Origin: an uncultured Actinomycetes bacterium
Lineage (GTDB): Bacteria > Actinomycetota > Thermoleophilia > Gaiellales > JAICJC01
Assembly: GCA_963723785.1 (NCBI GenBank)
Contig: CAVRSB010000020.1
Location: forward strand, 25,543 to 89,542
Length of the DNA stretch: 64,000 nucleotides
Reading direction: 5' to 3'
Under the pieces are notes generated by a model that worked only from the letters and a program-made list of their open reading frames with translations, did not search any database and was not told the DNA's origin. This document shows positions 60,984 to 64,000 of this stretch, piece by piece. The position numbers and the translations under genes were made by a program. Each line of letters starts with the position of its first letter. Position 1 is the first letter of the stretch.

Positions 60984-62225
60984 TCAGGCGCTTTCGGACG
61001 GTGACTCGGGTCTCGTGGCTGCCGTTTGGGCCACCGTTGGGGGTGGGCGGAGCCAGAGGGTTACGTGGCGTGGCTGCAGCGTGACATTGACAACGTCAAT
61101 TACTCCGGCTGCGACCGCGTCGAGTTCTATTTCGCCTCGGAGCTTTCCGGTGAACCCGCCGAGTGTTTTGACTGCGTCGTACCGATCACGATAGAAGCGG
61201 TGATCGACGCTGCGCTGGATCCGAGTCCGAAGCGGCTGGAACAAGCCGGCGACGACGAGCGTCGAGAACGTAACGGCGAGTGCTCCAGACTGGCCGGTAA
61301 GCGACCGAAACGCCCATCCCAGGAGGGAGATTCCGCCCAGGTAGAGCAGCCCAAGGGCGGCGATCAGCACTGCGTACACCAGCGTCTTTCGGACAATCAC
61401 ATCGATCTCGTACAGCCGGTACTTGAGGATCCCGATTCCAAGCGCGATCGGGAGCGCCATCACGCCGATCAGGCCGAGGTCCCCAAGCACCGAGTTGGTC
61501 CCGGCGAACGCGAGCATCGCGCAGAGAACACTGATGACGCCACCACCGACGAGCCATTTCAGCTGCTGCCGACGCTCGCCGGTTGACCGGCGAAATGCGG
61601 AGATCTGGGTGCACAGCCAGGCAAGGAGAACCACAAACAACACCGCAAAGAAGATGTTCTGCGCGATCGCCCACAAGGCTTCGACGCCGGTCGGGTGGTT
61701 GATCTGCCGGATGTCTCCGCTGTTGTCCGCGATCTGGATATGGCCGACCGCGATCGCGCCAGCAGCGATCGCGAACGCTCCGAACACCCGACAAGCCGCC
61801 GCTGAGAGATAGATCCGAAGCGCCCAGCGCCATCGCGGCGTTGGCAGGTGGCCGTCGGGAAAAAGGAGCACCGCAAGCCCGAACAGGACGATCGCAGTTG
61901 ACCAACTCGGTTGGAGCAAGACCGCGAGCCACCCGACTGGCAGCGAGTCATGATCGCGGTACACGAGGGTGCTGTAGAGGGATGCGTCGCCGCTGACCAC
62001 AAACGACAGGGCGATACCAAGGAGGATCCAGCCGGTGGGATGGCGTGGTCTTCGCGTAGCCACCACCGCGCCGACGACGCCAAACGCCAGGATCAGAGGC
62101 GCAGTGGCCGCATTCGCGGCGAGGCTTCTGTGAGCCGACTCGAGCAGCGGTATGGACGCTGCCATCAGCCCCAGTAGCAGTGCCATCAGCACCGTTGGGG
62201 CCTTCGGTGAGGCGACCGAAATCAC
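60984..62225 (-). CDS. Polytopic membrane protein resembling the N-terminal sensor module of actinobacterial histidine kinases, no kinase domain (paralogue 1)
   Basis: This is an intact 413-aa ORF. Motifs shared with 62690..63928 are FPDGHLP..RWRW, QLKWL, (K/R)YRLYEIDVI(V/I)R(K/R)TLVY, LTGQSGALAVT.STL and FQPLR.RIQ..VDHRFYR..YD. No H-box or ATPase motifs are present. Confidence 0.65.
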   Translation of the reverse strand: MISVASPKAPTVLMALLLGLMAASIPLLESAHRSLAANAATAPLILAFGVVGAVVATRRPRHPTGWILLGIALSFVVSGDASLYSTLVYRDHDSLPVGWLAVLLQPSWSTAIVLFGLAVLLFPDGHLPTPRWRWALRIYLSAAACRVFGAFAIAAGAIAVGHIQIADNSGDIRQINHPTGVEALWAIAQNIFFAVLFVVLLAWLCTQISAFRRSTGERRQQLKWLVGGGVISVLCAMLAFAGTNSVLGDLGLIGVMALPIALGIGILKYRLYEIDVIVRKTLVYAVLIAALGLLYLGGISLLGWAFRSLTGQSGALAVTFSTLVVAGLFQPLRTRIQRSVDHRFYRDRYDAVKTLGGFTGKLRGEIELDAVAAGVIDVVNVTLQPRHVTLWLRPPPTVAQTAATRPESPSESA

Positions 62226-62342
62226 ATCACCACACTATCCCCCACCCGCTCCGGAAACGTTACGAGACCCAGCTTCACGTGCGGTTTGTCGCATAGGATG
62301 GTGCCAGGGTATGACCGAAGGCGGCAGGCGAGGAGGGTGTCG

Positions 62343-62633
62343 ATGCATGCAGTGATCGGACGGGTGAGGATCAAGCCAGGGTTCGAGGATCAGACGCTGG
62401 CCATGATCGGTGAACACGGTGTGGCCATGCTCCAGGGCATGGCGGGCTCGGCCGGGGGATATTGGGCGCGGACGCTGGATGGGGAGGACATGATCCAGCA
62501 TTCCGTCTGGCTGTTTGACACGGAGGCGAACGCCAGAGGCGCCGAAGCGACGTTCAACACGCTGCGTGACATGCCGGAGGCGCCCGCGACCTTCATCAGC
62601 GTCGATGTGTGCGAGGTGATCGGTCAGGCGTAA
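62343..62633 (+). CDS. ABM (antibiotic biosynthesis monooxygenase-like) / dimeric alpha-beta barrel domain protein
   Basis: GGAGGG is followed 6 nt later (spacer TGTCG) by ATG 62343. The 96-aa product reads MHAVIGRVRIKPGFEDQ..HSVWLFDTEANARGAEATF.., which is consistent with the ABM fold. The assignment is tentative. Confidence 0.5.
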   Translation: MHAVIGRVRIKPGFEDQTLAMIGEHGVAMLQGMAGSAGGYWARTLDGEDMIQHSVWLFDTEANARGAEATFNTLRDMPEAPATFISVDVCEVIGQA

Positions 62634-62689
62634 TGCGGATTCGCTCGAGTCGTAACGATCCCGGAACGTGAATTTGCGACACTGACTGT

Positions 62690-63928
62690 GTGAATACTCG
62701 TTTGAAGATGGCGGCATGGGCGCTGTTCGGGTTGGTCGTCCTGCTGAATTTGGTGGCTGTGTACTACAGCTTCGTGACGCGGGAGTACCACGACTCAACC
62801 AGCTGGGGCAACAGCGGCCTGGTGTCGACGCTCGGGCTCGGATTGACCACGTTCATGTTCCCGCTGGTGGGTGTGGTGATCGCTGTTCGCCGGCCGCAGA
62901 ACGCCATCGGGTGGTTGATGCTCGCGATTGGATTCGTGTGGGGTCTGGAGGGAGTGGTGTCCGGATACGCGACCGATGTGATGTCGTTCCGCCACGGTTC
63001 GCGCGAGGTCGCAGGCTACGCGGCGGCGGTCGACGGCATGCTGTGGCTGCCCGGCGTCGGCCTGATCGGGACGTTCCTGATCCTGCTCTTTCCCGACGGG
63101 CATCTGCCGAGCCGGCGGTGGCGGTGGGTCGGATGGGTGGCCGGATTCACCATCGGGCTCGGGTCGCTGGTGATCCTGTTCAGCCCTGGGCCGATGACCG
63201 ACAGCTCGTATCCGACAGAGGTAAACCCGCTCGGCATCGGTGCCATCGGCACGCTGCTGGACTTCGGTCACCTCGTCATCATCCTGCTGCCGGTGGCGAT
63301 CCTGGGCGCAGCTGCAAGCCTGGTGTCGCGCTACCGCGCCGCGCACGGCGCTGACAGGTTGCAGCTCAAGTGGCTGGCCGCCTCCGCGGCGCTTGTGGCG
63401 GTGCTCTACGGGGTCACCGAGGTGCTGTCGATCACGATTGCGTCGAACAATCGGGTTCCGGGGTGGCTTTTGGTGATGCAGGATCTGGCACTGCTCAGCT
63501 TCGCGCTGATCCCGATCTCGATCGGATTCGCGGTGTTCCGCTACCGGCTCTACGAGATTGACGTGATCATCCGCCGGACACTCGTCTACACGACTCTGAT
63601 CGGATCGCTCGCGATCGTCTATCTGGGCGGCATCTATGTCGTCGGCGACGTTCTGCAGACGCTCACTGGGCAATCCGGGGCGCTGGCGGTGACAGTCTCG
63701 ACGCTGGCGGTGGCCGCCGCGTTCCAGCCGCTGCGATCAAGGATCCAGAGCACAGTCGACCACCGCTTTTACCGCGCCAAATATGACACCGGCATGACGC
63801 TGGACGCGTTCAGCGGGCGGCTGCGCCAGCAGATCGACCTGGACGCGCTTCACGCAGAGGTGCTGACCGTCGTCAGAGACGCCCTCGAGCCCAGCCAGGC
63901 CACGCTCTGGTTCCGGTCGGAGCGGTAG
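62690..63928 (+). CDS. Polytopic membrane protein, kinase-less sensor-module paralogue 2
   Basis: This is an intact 412-aa ORF. It shares the motif set listed for 60984..62225 and is divergently oriented to it. Confidence 0.65.
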   Translation: MNTRLKMAAWALFGLVVLLNLVAVYYSFVTREYHDSTSWGNSGLVSTLGLGLTTFMFPLVGVVIAVRRPQNAIGWLMLAIGFVWGLEGVVSGYATDVMSFRHGSREVAGYAAAVDGMLWLPGVGLIGTFLILLFPDGHLPSRRWRWVGWVAGFTIGLGSLVILFSPGPMTDSSYPTEVNPLGIGAIGTLLDFGHLVIILLPVAILGAAASLVSRYRAAHGADRLQLKWLAASAALVAVLYGVTEVLSITIASNNRVPGWLLVMQDLALLSFALIPISIGFAVFRYRLYEIDVIIRRTLVYTTLIGSLAIVYLGGIYVVGDVLQTLTGQSGALAVTVSTLAVAAAFQPLRSRIQSTVDHRFYRAKYDTGMTLDAFSGRLRQQIDLDALHAEVLTVVRDALEPSQATLWFRSER

Positions 63929-63964
63929 CCGGAACCTTCTCCCGGCGGCGTATGTCTGATCACC

Positions 63965-64000
63965 ATGCGACGACATCGAGTTCTCTGGCTGGCGGTCGGG
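63965..64000 (+). CDS. 5' end of an ORF (MRRHRVLWLAVG..), runs out of the window
   Basis: ATG 63965 is open to the window end. The beginning looks like a signal peptide. Only 12 codons are visible. Confidence 0.25.
   Translation, partial: MRRHRVLWLAVG

Overview
This is a very GC-rich, Actinomycetota-like chromosomal window. It shows GTG/TTG starts, ATGA/GTGA-coupled genes and convergent genes whose 3' ends overlap.

Most of it is housekeeping. In order: usp; hom; two trkA-like genes; thrC-thrB; a secreted Ig-like protein; pcrA; an NhaP2-type cation/H+ antiporter; two huge divergent polytopic membrane proteins (one YfhO-like); tRNA-Val(GAC); ndh; a NUDIX hydrolase; an OmpR-type regulator convergent with its histidine kinase; thrS; a GntR/HutC regulator next to an operon of three amidohydrolases (C45, creatininase-family, DmpA/S58), a Dpp-type ABC importer and a hotdog protein; infC-rpmI-rplT; a TrmH-like methyltransferase; pheST; a CopC-CopD fusion; an M29 aminopeptidase; a CBS protein; a split 2-oxoacid dehydrogenase cluster (E1alpha-E1beta-E2 on one strand, lipoyl protein plus E3 on the other); proS; an ECF sigma/anti-sigma pair; tRNA-Pro(GGG).

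The clear accessory region is a ~6.5-kb island (53616-60135) at the 3' end of tRNA-Pro.
- It is bounded by perfect 67-bp direct repeats and I find no recombinase gene in it.
- It carries an orphan Flp-pilin cassette with two TadG-like pseudopilins, a secreted His/Gly/Lys-repeat protein and an ECF sigma that, as assembled, is fused to a ZAS-type anti-sigma.
- A 9-bp motif is phased at 11 bp near both island ends.

Other signals:
- A family of 31-33-bp perfect palindromes (GTGAATAA..GGTGCC.GGCACC..TTATTCAC) has compensatory arm variants. Copies sit at convergent gene ends, and two lie in tandem after a gene-free 400-bp stretch.
- A 43-46-bp direct duplication of the tRNA-Val 3' flank brackets a 0.4-kb insert.
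- Two divergent kinase-less sensor-module paralogues flank an ABM-domain gene.

Major caveat: by hand frame-tracking I find roughly 70-90 single-base frame changes. Most are one extra base in G/C runs, and they interrupt even essential genes (thrS, proS, pheT, pcrA). I treat these as sequencing/assembly artefacts, so I report gene spans joined across frames. Exact ends near frame changes are approximate.
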